A stretch of DNA of 64,000 nucleotides from a candidate division CPR3 bacterium GWF2_35_18 (GCA_001771135.1 MESW01000003.1:72719-136718); one strand, 5' to 3'; shown: positions 20,374 to 30,526, counted from the first letter of the stretch. Notes: generated by a model from the letters alone, not told the origin. Program-made: numbers and translations.

Positions 20374-21813
20374 CTAATCTAAAGCATCTTTATTAACACC
20401 AGAGCTGAAATCAACCTCTTTGTATTTCTTTAATATGGCTTTAATTTTTTTCTTAAGATCATTATACTTTTTCTGTGTTTTACCTTCGAATTTTACAGTT
20501 AGGTAAGGACCGTTTTGCGACGCTCTAATAATAACCATTTCATCTTTGGTATCTGCTCTAATTCCGTCAATATCAATGTACGAAGCCGTTTTTCCAAAGA
20601 GATTTTTGAATTCTTTGGTTATTTTAGTTTTGATAAAATCGAATTTAATTTCGTCGGCACAACCGAATTTGATCTCCGGAGAAGAGACGTATTTTGGCAT
20701 TTTTGCAACAGTTTCAGAAAGAGTTTGATTCGTGCGTGATAAATACTGTAATAAGCGTAAGGAGGCAAAAGCACCGTCATCATGACCATAAAAGTTATCG
20801 ACAAAAAACATATGACCGGATAGCTCTCCCCCAAAAGCGGCTTTTTCCTGTTTCAGTTTTGCCTTGATAAAAGAGTGTCCTGTCAACCACATCAGCGGAT
20901 TTCCCCCACTGCTTCTAATGACATCCGCAGTTTGTTTGGAACAAAGAGTGTTATAAACAATTGTTCCGCCAGGTTCATAATACAAAACATCTTGGGCAAA
21001 GATAGAAACGAGGTTATCATTCCAAATACTTTGACCTTTATCGTCAACTATTCCGACTCGATCACCGTCAGCATCATAGGTAAAACCCAAGTCAGCTTTT
21101 TCTTTTAAAACCCTTTTACTGAGTCGTTCCAAAACATCATTTTCAGTAGGATCTGGGGTTCCTAGAGGAAAATTACCATTCGGCTCACAATTTTGACGAA
21201 TTACAGAACAACCTGTATCTTCCAAAATTTGTGAAACAAATTCACCAGAATAAGTATTTGAGCCTTCGACAACTACTTTAAATTTTTTATCGATAGTAAC
21301 TCTTTTTAACAAATCGTTTTTGTAATCTTCGAAGATATCTTTTTTTACGAATTGCGCTTGACGATCATATTTTTTAAAGTTACCTTTTTCTACATAACTC
21401 CGCAGCTTTTTAATTTCCTCACTTTCCAGAGTGTCGGAAAAGCTACGTCCAAGCTTAAAGCCATTGTAATCTTTGGGGTTATGAGAAGCGGTAACCATAA
21501 TACAGGCTTTTGAAAGAAAGTGATATTGAGACCAATAAACAATCTGACTCAAACTTTTTCCGATTGAATAAACGTCAACTCCGTTTTTTAGTAATTCATC
21601 AATAACATACTTTTCAATCTCTTCACTACTATTTCTATTGTCACGTCCTACCACAACCTCTTTGATCTGTTTTTCAAAAAGCATAGTCACAAAACCCTTC
21701 ATAATAAGACGTACTGTTTTTTCATTCAGATCATCTGGAACAATACCGCGTAAATCATAGCCACGAAAAATATGAGGATTAACTTTGTTAATGTGAGGGT
21801 TAACTGTTTTCAT
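20374..21813 (-). CDS. Phosphoglucomutase/phosphomannomutase (alpha-D-phosphohexomutase family)
   Basis: Active-site TASHNP with a phosphoserine loop. Four-domain length of 479 aa. Confidence 0.8.
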   Translation of the reverse strand: MKTVNPHINKVNPHIFRGYDLRGIVPDDLNEKTVRLIMKGFVTMLFEKQIKEVVVGRDNRNSSEEIEKYVIDELLKNGVDVYSIGKSLSQIVYWSQYHFLSKACIMVTASHNPKDYNGFKLGRSFSDTLESEEIKKLRSYVEKGNFKKYDRQAQFVKKDIFEDYKNDLLKRVTIDKKFKVVVEGSNTYSGEFVSQILEDTGCSVIRQNCEPNGNFPLGTPDPTENDVLERLSKRVLKEKADLGFTYDADGDRVGIVDDKGQSIWNDNLVSIFAQDVLYYEPGGTIVYNTLCSKQTADVIRSSGGNPLMWLTGHSFIKAKLKQEKAAFGGELSGHMFFVDNFYGHDDGAFASLRLLQYLSRTNQTLSETVAKMPKYVSSPEIKFGCADEIKFDFIKTKITKEFKNLFGKTASYIDIDGIRADTKDEMVIIRASQNGPYLTVKFEGKTQKKYNDLKKKIKAILKKYKEVDFSSGVNKDALD

Positions 21814-21869
21814 AATATAAAAATAGAATCACTAGCTGAGTGTTTCTCCTATACTCCTATTATTAATAC

Positions 21870-22634
21870 TTAGGATTTTTTATTATCTAGAAATTTTGTA
21901 AAACTTTCAAAACCTCTTAGAACCTCCAATGGAACCGCAAAAACTATTGTATTGGATTGATCAGAAGAAATATCGTTTATAGAATTTAAAGTTCGCAGGT
22001 GTAAAGCGCCAGGAGTATTGGCCATTAAAGTAGCCGCCTTAGCCAAGTTTTCGGCGGCAATAACTTCTCCTTCAGAATTGATAATCGTCGCTCTTCGTTC
22101 TCGTTCAGCCTCAGCTTGTTTTGCCATAGTTCTCTTCATATTCTCGGGAAGCATTACGTCTTTTAGCGCCACGCTTTGTACGACAACACCCCACATCTCG
22201 GTTGTAGTATCAACAATTTGACGAATTTTCGCCGCCACATCATCACGTTTAGAAAGAAGCTCATCAAGAGTCACATCACCAATAACATCACGCATGGTGG
22301 TTTGTGCAAGCTGTGAAATCGCCCAACGGAAATTTTCAACTTCGAGAATCGCTTTTGAAGCATCATTAATTTTGTAATAAATAACTACCGAGATTCGAGT
22401 CGAAACATTATCTTTGGTGATTGCTTCCTGATCTGGTTCGGCGACCGCTTTGACACGCATATCAACAATCATAATCTTTTGAAAAACAGGGATTACAATT
22501 CTCCAACCCGGACCCAGTACATTAGAAAATTTTCCCATGGTAAATAGAACCGCTCTTTCATACTGATTGATCTGTTTCAGGGAAATAAGTATAAGGAAAA
22601 TTAAAGTAATGAATAAAGCTATGTAACCTGGCAT
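21870..22634 (-). CDS. SPFH/band-7 (stomatin/prohibitin-like) membrane protein
   Basis: N-terminal TM followed by an SPFH domain and a coiled-coil AKQAEAERERRA segment. Confidence 0.8.
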   Translation of the reverse strand: MPGYIALFITLIFLILISLKQINQYERAVLFTMGKFSNVLGPGWRIVIPVFQKIMIVDMRVKAVAEPDQEAITKDNVSTRISVVIYYKINDASKAILEVENFRWAISQLAQTTMRDVIGDVTLDELLSKRDDVAAKIRQIVDTTTEMWGVVVQSVALKDVMLPENMKRTMAKQAEAERERRATIINSEGEVIAAENLAKAATLMANTPGALHLRTLNSINDISSDQSNTIVFAVPLEVLRGFESFTKFLDNKKS

Positions 22635-22720
22635 AATATATCCTTTCTTAAAAATAATGTGTACTAATTATATACTCGAAATTATCTAAAACTCAAATTT
22701 TAGAATGCCTAGAAAAATTA

Positions 22721-22750
22721 TTGGAAAAAAGTCAAAAACTTGACTTTTTA
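22721..22750 (-). terminator. Putative hairpin terminator overlapping the trmD stop codon
   Basis: On the minus strand, aaaagtcaa/ttgactttt inverted repeat followed by a T-run. Confidence 0.35.
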
Positions 22751-23422
22751 AAGTAGGTCTTTTCTCTTTTTTTTAGTTACTTTTAACCGCTGTTCATTTT
22801 TCCATTTTTTTATTTCAGCATGGTTACCGGAGAGCAAAACCGAAGGAACTTTTAAACCACGAAATTCGGCCGGACGTGTATATTGAGGATATTCAAGAGA
22901 ATTATTAGAAAATGACTCATCTTCTGTGCCACCTTCTCCTTCTATAACTCCAGGAATTAACCTAACTATAGTATCAACAATAACTATCGCCGGAAGCTCT
23001 CCTCCAGTCAAAACATAGTCACCGATGGAAATCTCTTCATCGACTAAAGTATCAATAACTCTTTGGTCAACACCTTCATAGTGGCCGCAAAGAAGAATTA
23101 AATGTTGTTTTTTTGACAACTGCCTGGCTTTATTCTGTTTAAAGATTTTTCCTTGAGGAGAGAGATAAATAACATGTGAATCCGAATTTTTAGATTTTAA
23201 GTCTTCAATACATTCAAACAAGATTTCCGGTATCAAAAGCATCCCTGGCCCTCCCCCAAACGGTTTATCATCAACTGTTTGATGCCGATCAGTAGCCCAA
23301 TGACGTAAATTATTAATCTGAATATTAGTCAACCTTTTATCTTGAGCTCTTTTTATAATAGACTCCGAAAAAGGCCCCTCAAACATCTTGGGAAAAAGAG
23401 TAATAATATCTACTTTTAACAT
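22748..23422 (-). CDS. trmD: tRNA (guanine37-N1)-methyltransferase
   Basis: SPOUT knot motifs, including LLCGHYEGVDQRV and the C-terminal ...YTRP... segment. 224 aa. Confidence 0.9.
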   Translation of the reverse strand: MLKVDIITLFPKMFEGPFSESIIKRAQDKRLTNIQINNLRHWATDRHQTVDDKPFGGGPGMLLIPEILFECIEDLKSKNSDSHVIYLSPQGKIFKQNKARQLSKKQHLILLCGHYEGVDQRVIDTLVDEEISIGDYVLTGGELPAIVIVDTIVRLIPGVIEGEGGTEDESFSNNSLEYPQYTRPAEFRGLKVPSVLLSGNHAEIKKWKNEQRLKVTKKKRKDLL

Positions 23423-23427
23423 AGGAT

Positions 23428-23538
23428 TTATTGAATAAAAATAAATAACAGACTAAAAAAAAGTCCAGAAAGGCCAAATGCTAGAACTAGTAATAACCCG
23501 CATCCTGATTTGATATAATCTCTGACAAAATCTGACAT
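23428..23538 (-). CDS. Unannotated 36-aa hydrophobic peptide (MSDFVRDYIKSGCGLLLVLAFGLSGLFFSLLFIFIQ). Its stop lies 5 nt before the trmD ATG.
   Basis: SD GGAGA 8 nt upstream of the ATG. One predicted TM helix. It is below the ORF-track cutoff. Confidence 0.3.
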   Translation of the reverse strand: MSDFVRDYIKSGCGLLLVLAFGLSGLFFSLLFIFIQ

Positions 23539-23614
23539 ATTAAATCTCCAGCTATAATTATTTATCGGTATTCTACTACATTATAATCAATTCACACAAC
23601 TTTTATTGAAAATT

Positions 23615-23740
23615 TTAATCAAAAAGCCGAGCGTAATAATTTGCGAAGTAAGCACCGATTACTAAGATTATAATAGCGATGAATACTAGAATTGCTACAA
23701 TTATAACCACTTTACCGTTTTGAGATTTAATTAGATTCAT
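23615..23740 (-). CDS. Unannotated 41-aa single-TM peptide (MNLIKSQNGKVVIIVAILVFIAIIILVIGAYFANYYARLFD)
   Basis: ATG preceded by GGAAG. Strongly hydrophobic core. It starts 19 nt downstream of the MAT stop codon. Confidence 0.3.
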   Translation of the reverse strand: MNLIKSQNGKVVIIVAILVFIAIIILVIGAYFANYYARLFD

Positions 23741-23758
23741 TGAAATTATCTTCCGGTC

Positions 23759-24964
23759 TTACCAAACCATAAACTCACCACGCGCCAATTTGTCAGAAAA
23801 GTTGTAGATATCTTGAAGTTCTGATTCAATAATCTTATTAACCTGATCCCGTACATCAGCTACCTTATAACCATCTTTCATAATAAGTTGAGCCGAGGCA
23901 ATCATCGGATCTTCAATAGGATGTCCTATTTGGGAGCATAACCAAACATATACTTCTTTCAGTCCGGGGGTTCCAGCATAAATGTGCGCCGCAATGTGAT
24001 GAGATAAAAGATTGTATATCTTTCCCACATGTGCAACTGGATTTTTCCCTGCAGCTGCTTCAGTACTCATAGGACGATTCAAGGCAATAAGACCGTTGAC
24101 ACGATTACCTCTACCCACCTGTCCGCAGTCTCCGTTTTCTGCAGAAGTTCCAACTACGGTTAAGTACATTCCAGATTCACCTCGTGTTTGATCATCAAGA
24201 GTATTGATATCAATGGAAACTTTATTGATTCGGTGTTTCTTCTCAGCAACATAATCTAAAATCATCTCTTTGATACTCTCTTTTTGAGTAAAATATTGTT
24301 TTTGGCTTTCAATATATCGATCTATAAAAGCCATCGCAACCGTGATTTTAAGTTCATCGCCGCGACGAAATCCCATGATTTTAATATCTTCACCGATTGA
24401 GGGAAAGACATTCTTTGTTTCATCAAGGTTTAAAAAATGTTCGAGATCATAAACAATCTGTTCGGTTTCAGTTAAGGGAGCATATCCAACCGCAGCCGAG
24501 GTATCATTGGCACCGATTTTTTCTCTTTCAAAGTTGTCAACAAGATCGGCTGACCCAGGTTGAATCTCATTTTGGAAGATAAAATGTTTTTCCGGGTTAA
24601 TGTTTCGCAAATGATCCTTGAGCCATTTTCTTGCGGTTGTAATTGCGATATCATTAACAGGAATTTCAACATTCCCGTATTTATTCAACGCTCTATCTCC
24701 CAAAACTAACTTCATGGGGACAATAATTTTTCCACCACCAATCTTTGCCTTTGATTGACCTGCGACTAAAAGACTTTTGTCAATATTATGGTGTAGAATT
24801 TTCCCCACTCTTTTTTTATATTCACTACAAAGAGCTACGGAAATAGCATCTCCAATTCCATCACAAATAGAGTCAGGATGTCCCACTCCTTTTCTCTCTA
24901 CAAGTTCAGTTACTTGTTCTTCAACGGGAGTGTTTTTTATCTCTTCAACCGTAATATTAGGCAT
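23759..24964 (-). CDS. S-adenosylmethionine synthetase, archaeal type (MAT)
   Basis: 401 aa. N-terminal ERKGVGHPDSICDGIGDAIS and C-terminal GDCGQVGRGNRVNGLI blocks, as in archaeal-type MAT. The bacterial MetK GHPDKxCDQ and GAGDQG signatures are absent. Confidence 0.7.
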   Translation of the reverse strand: MPNITVEEIKNTPVEEQVTELVERKGVGHPDSICDGIGDAISVALCSEYKKRVGKILHHNIDKSLLVAGQSKAKIGGGKIIVPMKLVLGDRALNKYGNVEIPVNDIAITTARKWLKDHLRNINPEKHFIFQNEIQPGSADLVDNFEREKIGANDTSAAVGYAPLTETEQIVYDLEHFLNLDETKNVFPSIGEDIKIMGFRRGDELKITVAMAFIDRYIESQKQYFTQKESIKEMILDYVAEKKHRINKVSIDINTLDDQTRGESGMYLTVVGTSAENGDCGQVGRGNRVNGLIALNRPMSTEAAAGKNPVAHVGKIYNLLSHHIAAHIYAGTPGLKEVYVWLCSQIGHPIEDPMIASAQLIMKDGYKVADVRDQVNKIIESELQDIYNFSDKLARGEFMVW

Positions 24965-25078
24965 ATAAGCTCCTTGTAATAAATGAATATAATCTTTTAA
25001 AACAGCCTGAAATTATGGTAACATATATACTAAAGTTCTTCTAGTATTTAATTTAAAGTAATTAACGGAGATTAGTTT

Positions 25079-25999
25079 ATGTCTGATCAAATATATATTA
25101 CTGGTCATAAAAATCCAGATACAGATTCAATCTGCTCGGCGATAGCCTATGCGGAGTTAAAGCGTAGTTTAGGAATTAATGCCATTCCGATGCGTTGTGG
25201 TGAAACTAATGAAGAAACGAATTTTGCCTTGGAAAAGTTCGGATACCAATCTCCAGAATTAGTTGAAGATGTCAAAGAAAAAAGTATCGTTCTTATCGAT
25301 CATAATGAATCAAATCAATCCCCAAATGGCATTGAAGAGGCAGAAATAGTTGAAGTTCTAGATCATCATAAAATTAATTTTAATAACAGTAAACCACTTA
25401 TTTTTTTTAGTAAACCGGTAGGATGCACCGCAACCTTAGTCTATGAAAAATATCTTGAAGCTAAGGTCGCATTAACAAAAAACGTAGCTGGAATTTTACT
25501 CTCGGCAATTCTTTCGGACACTATCGTTTTCAAAGGTCCAACCACGACGGTTTCGGATGTTGAAATTGCAAAAACACTCGCCAAGATCGCTAATATCACT
25601 GACTTGGAAAAGTTCGGAATAGAACTTAAAAAACAAAAAGCTTCTCTCTTTGGCAAAAGCGCTACCGACCTTATTAACTCTGATCTAAAAGAATTTAATT
25701 TCAAAGATAAAAAAGTTGCTATCGGACAGATTGAGATTGTTGAAAATTCCGAATTTGAAAGCCGCAAAAAAGAGATTCTTACTGAACTCCAAAAAATAAA
25801 AGAAGCTAAAAATCTATCTTTAATTGCTTTTATGGCAACAAATATTATTGAAATGGGAACTACTCTTCTTTGTGTCGGAGAAACGGAAATTATTGAAAAA
25901 GCTTTTCACAAAAAAGTTGCCGAGAATTCTGTCTATCTCAAAAACGTAATGTCTCGAAAAAAAGATATTGTTCCACCACTAGAAAAAGCATTTTCATAA
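25079..25999 (+). CDS. ppaC: Manganese-dependent inorganic pyrophosphatase (family II, DHH-DHHA2)
   Basis: N-terminal ITGHKNPDTDSICSAIAYAELK and the DHN(DHH) motif. 306 aa. Confidence 0.85.
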   Translation: MSDQIYITGHKNPDTDSICSAIAYAELKRSLGINAIPMRCGETNEETNFALEKFGYQSPELVEDVKEKSIVLIDHNESNQSPNGIEEAEIVEVLDHHKINFNNSKPLIFFSKPVGCTATLVYEKYLEAKVALTKNVAGILLSAILSDTIVFKGPTTTVSDVEIAKTLAKIANITDLEKFGIELKKQKASLFGKSATDLINSDLKEFNFKDKKVAIGQIEIVENSEFESRKKEILTELQKIKEAKNLSLIAFMATNIIEMGTTLLCVGETEIIEKAFHKKVAENSVYLKNVMSRKKDIVPPLEKAFS

Positions 26000-26021
26000 A
26001 CATAAAGTGATCTTATTGGAA

Positions 26022-26059
26022 AGGGGAGGAGTGATATTTATCACTCCTCCCCTTTTTTG
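26022..26059 (+). terminator. Strong rho-independent terminator after ppaC
   Basis: 13-bp GC-rich stem aggggaggagtga/tcactcctcccct with loop tattta, followed by TTTTTT. Confidence 0.8.
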
Positions 26060-26080
26060 AATCCGTAATTTGAGAGGAAA

Positions 26081-27076
26081 CTATAGAGACTCTACAAATT
26101 GATTATCAGTATAGTCTATAAGAGTCTTTTTGTTATCAATCAGTTTAAACGATTCTAAAGTGTTTATCGTTTCCAAAAAAGTTTCTTCACTTATTTTTGG
26201 ACTGTTCCAAAACTCCAAACACTTTTGTAGAATCAAAAGTTGGGTATCTTTGACACTATCCTCAAGTTGTAATTCATTTGATGTAATTGCAAAAGCGCTC
26301 TGGTGATCATTCCAGGTTTTTTCAATTCCTTTCCACGTGGCTCTGACAAAAGCCTTCGCCACATCATTCTTATCTTTAATGACACTGTCGCTAGCAACAA
26401 TTCCAGCGGAAGCAAAATTCAGATAGTCCGAAAGTTCAATTACATTTACTTCATATCCCAATTTTTTAAGTTGAATTGGTTCATTCATGGAAAAAACCAC
26501 GACCGCATCTACCTTATTCTCAGTTAGAGATTGAACTTGGGTATAACCAACTGGAGATAAAGTAACTTCGTTCTCATTAATATTTTGATCTTGTAAAAAG
26601 GCTTGAAGGCCGATGTAAGAGCTACCATAGAAACCAGGCAAACCAATGTTTTTTCCTTTTAAATCACCAGGGTTAACAATTTCCTTATCTTTCAAAGAAA
26701 CTATGGCGATGGGAAATTTTGAATAATAGGTCATTATATATTTGACCGGAATATCCTTATCTTCTGCCAAAACTACTTCATCCCCATTGGCAATCACGAA
26801 ATCTAGTTCATTTTGCCCCAAAAGTTTCAGAAGATCCGTAGACATTGAGTAGTCAAACTCCACTTCTAAGCCTTCATCTTCGTAATATCCATTTTCGTCC
26901 GCAACATAGAACGGAGTAAATTGAATATTCGGAATATATCCCATACCAATTTTAACCTTTGTCAGATTACTATTTTGATCCTCTGCTGTTTTTTGGAAAA
27001 ACTTTTGATTCAGAAAAATGATCAATCCCGTTAAGATTAAAAGGATAAAGATTGAAGTAATTAATTTTACTTTCAT
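26081..27076 (-). CDS. ABC transporter substrate-binding protein, NMT1/THI5-like (SsuA/TauA/NitT family)
   Basis: N-terminal signal/TM anchor and the periplasmic binding fold of the nitrate/sulfonate/bicarbonate family. Confidence 0.7.
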   Translation of the reverse strand: MKVKLITSIFILLILTGLIIFLNQKFFQKTAEDQNSNLTKVKIGMGYIPNIQFTPFYVADENGYYEDEGLEVEFDYSMSTDLLKLLGQNELDFVIANGDEVVLAEDKDIPVKYIMTYYSKFPIAIVSLKDKEIVNPGDLKGKNIGLPGFYGSSYIGLQAFLQDQNINENEVTLSPVGYTQVQSLTENKVDAVVVFSMNEPIQLKKLGYEVNVIELSDYLNFASAGIVASDSVIKDKNDVAKAFVRATWKGIEKTWNDHQSAFAITSNELQLEDSVKDTQLLILQKCLEFWNSPKISEETFLETINTLESFKLIDNKKTLIDYTDNQFVESL

Positions 27077-27834
27077 ATTTTTTGACCTCTTTTAATAAAA
27101 AATGATTCTAAGCTGGAAGAGATAGTATATAAAATAATTCCCAATAAAGCGAGAATAAAAATAACAGCAAAAAGCTGTGGAGTATCAAATAAACCTAACG
27201 AGGAATTAATTAAAAATCCTAAACCTTTATCTGCTCCCATAAATTCACCGACAATAGCTCCGACGATCGCCAGAACCATTCCGATTTTCATACTCGAAAA
27301 TATATACGGTAATGAGTGTGGGATTTCTAGTCTAAGTAAATTATCTAGAAATGAGGAATTAAGGGTACACATCAACTCTTTTTTGGTTTCTTCAATATTA
27401 CTTATGGCTGTGATGGTATTCACCATAACCGGGAAAAAAACGATAATCGAGCAGATCACGATCTTAGAGGTAATACCTGAACCAAACCAGATAATAAAGA
27501 TTGGGGCCAAAGCTACAATAGGTATTGATTGAAAAGCCACAATGTAAGGAGTAATTGTCAGATGCAAAATTCTTTTTTTGGCAAAAATATATCCGAAGAA
27601 CATCGCCAAAATTGATCCAAATAAAAATCCCGCAAAAATCTCAGTCAAAGTAATCTGAAGATGTGGATAGATTTTTCCACTCTGTATAAGATATACTAGC
27701 TTCTGCGACACAAGAGAAGGAGCAGGTAAAATATAAGTCGGATAGTGAAAAATCCAAATAACACCTTTCCATAAAAAATAAACAACAATCAGGGCAATTA
27801 CGATCTGGAAGAATTTAATTAGATAACGATTCAT
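27073..27834 (-). CDS. ABC transporter permease (NitT/TauT family)
   Basis: Six TM segments with the EAA-like loop of binding-protein-dependent permeases. Its start overlaps the stop of the upstream gene. Confidence 0.75.
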   Translation of the reverse strand: MNRYLIKFFQIVIALIVVYFLWKGVIWIFHYPTYILPAPSLVSQKLVYLIQSGKIYPHLQITLTEIFAGFLFGSILAMFFGYIFAKKRILHLTITPYIVAFQSIPIVALAPIFIIWFGSGITSKIVICSIIVFFPVMVNTITAISNIEETKKELMCTLNSSFLDNLLRLEIPHSLPYIFSSMKIGMVLAIVGAIVGEFMGADKGLGFLINSSLGLFDTPQLFAVIFILALLGIILYTISSSLESFFIKRGQKI

Positions 27835-27861
27835 AAATAAACATTTTGATGGGAATAACTA

Positions 27862-28257
27862 TTAAAACTTTACGAAAAACATTTTTGCTTTTTTAATGTC
27901 GTCTTCAATTTGCCAAATCAGCTCTTGCTCGGAATGAAACCTATGCATCTCTCGGATTTTTTTCCAAAAAGAAACCGTGATCAGCTTTCCATAGATACTT
28001 TCTGAAAAATCAAAGAAATAGATATCAATGCGTGGTCTATTATCAAAAAAGGTTAATGGAGCACCAATATTAGCAACACCTTTATATTCTTTCCCTTCCA
28101 AAACAATCGTTACAATATAAACTCCATCGGAAGCAAATACATTACCTTTGGGATAATCAATATTTGCTGTTGGAAAGCCTAATTTCCGTCCGCGACTAAT
28201 ACCTTTGATCACTTTGTTCGATAAAACAAATAGTGGTTTATCTTTAATATCTTTCAT
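27862..28257 (-). CDS. Monofunctional riboflavin kinase (RibF C-terminal-domain type)
   Basis: GRKLGFPTANI motif. 131 aa with no FAD-synthetase domain. Confidence 0.75.
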   Translation of the reverse strand: MKDIKDKPLFVLSNKVIKGISRGRKLGFPTANIDYPKGNVFASDGVYIVTIVLEGKEYKGVANIGAPLTFFDNRPRIDIYFFDFSESIYGKLITVSFWKKIREMHRFHSEQELIWQIEDDIKKAKMFFVKF

Positions 28258-28342
28258 ATTTCAAATTATACTTTAATTTATTAATATTGAAAACTCAAAA
28301 ATATATTTTATAATAATTTTTATAAAAAAAATGTAAGACTGC

Positions 28343-29203
28343 TTACTTTATCAAAGACGCTTTTAGGATATTCTGTAAAAGCATCGCTACCGTCATTGGC
28401 CCAACGCCACCCGGAACCGGTGTGATCAAACTGGCTTTGGATTTAACTTTTTCAAAATCAGTATCACCAACAATATGATAACCCTTTTTACTCTGATCCG
28501 TAACTCGGTTTAAAGCAACGTCAATAACGACGGCTCCTTTTTTAACCATCTCGGCGGTTACAAGAGCTTCCTGTCCAGCCGCACAAACTAGAATATCCGC
28601 ATTTTGCGTGTGAAATTTTAGATCTTTTGTCTGTGAATGGCAGATTGTCACAGTAGCTCCTTTTTGCAGTAGAAGATAAGAAAGTGGTTTACCGATAATA
28701 TTACTTCTTCCAATTACAACCACGTTCTTGCCATTCACATCTACTTCATACTCCTCGAGGAGTCGCATCACTCCCGCTGGGGTACAAGGAATCATTGTTT
28801 CCAGAGAGGCTTTTTTAGCCATGGAAAAGAGTAAACCTCTGTTTATGGGATTAAATCCGTCAACATCCTTCCAAGGATCAATTGCTTCTTGGATTTTGAT
28901 AAGATCTAACGATACCGAAATTGGTAATTGCACCAGAATTCCCTGTACCTTTCTATCAGCATTTAACTTTTGAATTAAAGAAATTACTTCATTAATTTCC
29001 ACACTGCTAACAAATTCATGCAGAAAAAACTGAATTCCGACTTCTTTGCAGGCAATTTCTTTCTGTTCGATATACAGCTTTGATTCCCAATTATCTCCAA
29101 TCAGGATTACAGCCAATCCTGGCTGAAAACCAAGACCTGCTATTTTTGATTTTACGTCACCTCGGATTTTTTTAGCTACAGCTCTTCCATCAATAATACT
29201 CAC
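28343..29203 (-). CDS. folD: Bifunctional methylenetetrahydrofolate dehydrogenase/cyclohydrolase
   Basis: N-terminal IIDGRAVAKKIR, a substrate-binding domain and a Rossmann VVVIGRSNIIGKP motif. Confidence 0.9.
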   Translation of the reverse strand: MSIIDGRAVAKKIRGDVKSKIAGLGFQPGLAVILIGDNWESKLYIEQKEIACKEVGIQFFLHEFVSSVEINEVISLIQKLNADRKVQGILVQLPISVSLDLIKIQEAIDPWKDVDGFNPINRGLLFSMAKKASLETMIPCTPAGVMRLLEEYEVDVNGKNVVVIGRSNIIGKPLSYLLLQKGATVTICHSQTKDLKFHTQNADILVCAAGQEALVTAEMVKKGAVVIDVALNRVTDQSKKGYHIVGDTDFEKVKSKASLITPVPGGVGPMTVAMLLQNILKASLIK

Positions 29204-29254
29204 CTAATTATCTCCTTTAACATAATTATTTTTGCAATTCAAAGCGTGCTTTAC

Positions 29255-30490
29255 TTAGATTCCCTTCAATTTCATTGCATCAGCTACCTTCTGAACAGCC
29301 AAAGAGTATACACCCATACGCATATCAATATTATATTTTCTGGCAGCAGTCAATCCTTCTTTAAAAGCATTTACCATAATCGGCTTTAATTTATTAAAAA
29401 CCTCTTCCTTCGTCCAATAATAACCCATTCGATTTTGGACCCATTCAAAATAGGAAACAGTTACGCCACCGGAATTGGAAAGCACATCAGGGACAAATAG
29501 GACTTTTTTATCATGCAGAATCACATCTGCTTCCGGAGTAATCGGACCGTTTGCCATCTCGATAATCAGTTTCGTCTTTATTTTTGGCGCATTATCTTTG
29601 GTAATTACACTTTCTAGTGCTGCAGGAACTAAAATCGTTACTGGTAATTCAAGGAGCTCATCATTGGTAATGTTTTTCGCACCTTTGAAATCTTGAATTT
29701 TACCGGTTTCTTTTTTATATTTTTTCACTGTTTCCACATCAAACCCCTTTTCTGAATAAATACCACCCCTAGAATCAGAAAGAGCGACTATTTTGAATCC
29801 GGCTTTTTGTGCTAAAAGTGCAAAGTAGTATCCGACATTTCCGAATCCTTGAACAGCAATCTTGGTCGCACTTGGTTTTAATTTGAATTCTTTTGCCAAA
29901 GCTTCTAGGACATAGACTCCACCTTGACCGGTAGCTTCAGTTCTTCCTTGTGATCCACCTATTTCCAAAGGTTTTGCAGTAATCACCGCTAGATCGAGCT
30001 TTCCAGTCAGTTTTGCGTATTCGTCTACCATCCAAGCCATAATTTGGGAAGTCGTATTCACATCAGGAGCCGGAACATCTACATCAGAACCGATAAATTG
30101 CCAGATCGCGCGAATATAACCACGGGAAAGTCGTTCAAGTTCACCAATTGAAAGCTCTTTAGGATTCACAATAATTCCCCCTTTTCCACCACCGTAGGGA
30201 ATTCCGGCCACACTACATTTCCAAGTCATCCAAGCTGAAAGCGCTTTGACTTCAGACAAGGAAACATTTTGGTGATAACGAATTCCACCTTTATAAGGAC
30301 CGCGAGCGTTGTTATATTGACTACGAAATCCTGTAAAAACCTTGATCTTTCCATTATCCATTTTCACGGGTATAGCAACAGTTAAAACTCTATCTGGTTC
30401 TGATAATCTCTCTTTGATATCAGGATCAAGATTGATAATCTTGGCAATTTTGTCAATCTGCTTCATTGCATTTTGATACGGATCGGACAT
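29255..30490 (-). CDS. gdhA: Glutamate dehydrogenase (Glu/Leu/Phe/Val DH family)
   Basis: GGGKGG active-site block and a Rossmann GFGNVG motif. 411 aa. Confidence 0.85.
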   Translation of the reverse strand: MSDPYQNAMKQIDKIAKIINLDPDIKERLSEPDRVLTVAIPVKMDNGKIKVFTGFRSQYNNARGPYKGGIRYHQNVSLSEVKALSAWMTWKCSVAGIPYGGGKGGIIVNPKELSIGELERLSRGYIRAIWQFIGSDVDVPAPDVNTTSQIMAWMVDEYAKLTGKLDLAVITAKPLEIGGSQGRTEATGQGGVYVLEALAKEFKLKPSATKIAVQGFGNVGYYFALLAQKAGFKIVALSDSRGGIYSEKGFDVETVKKYKKETGKIQDFKGAKNITNDELLELPVTILVPAALESVITKDNAPKIKTKLIIEMANGPITPEADVILHDKKVLFVPDVLSNSGGVTVSYFEWVQNRMGYYWTKEEVFNKLKPIMVNAFKEGLTAARKYNIDMRMGVYSLAVQKVADAMKLKGI

Positions 30491-30526
30491 AGTTAAAAAC
30501 CTCCAATAATATTATTAATAATTAAA

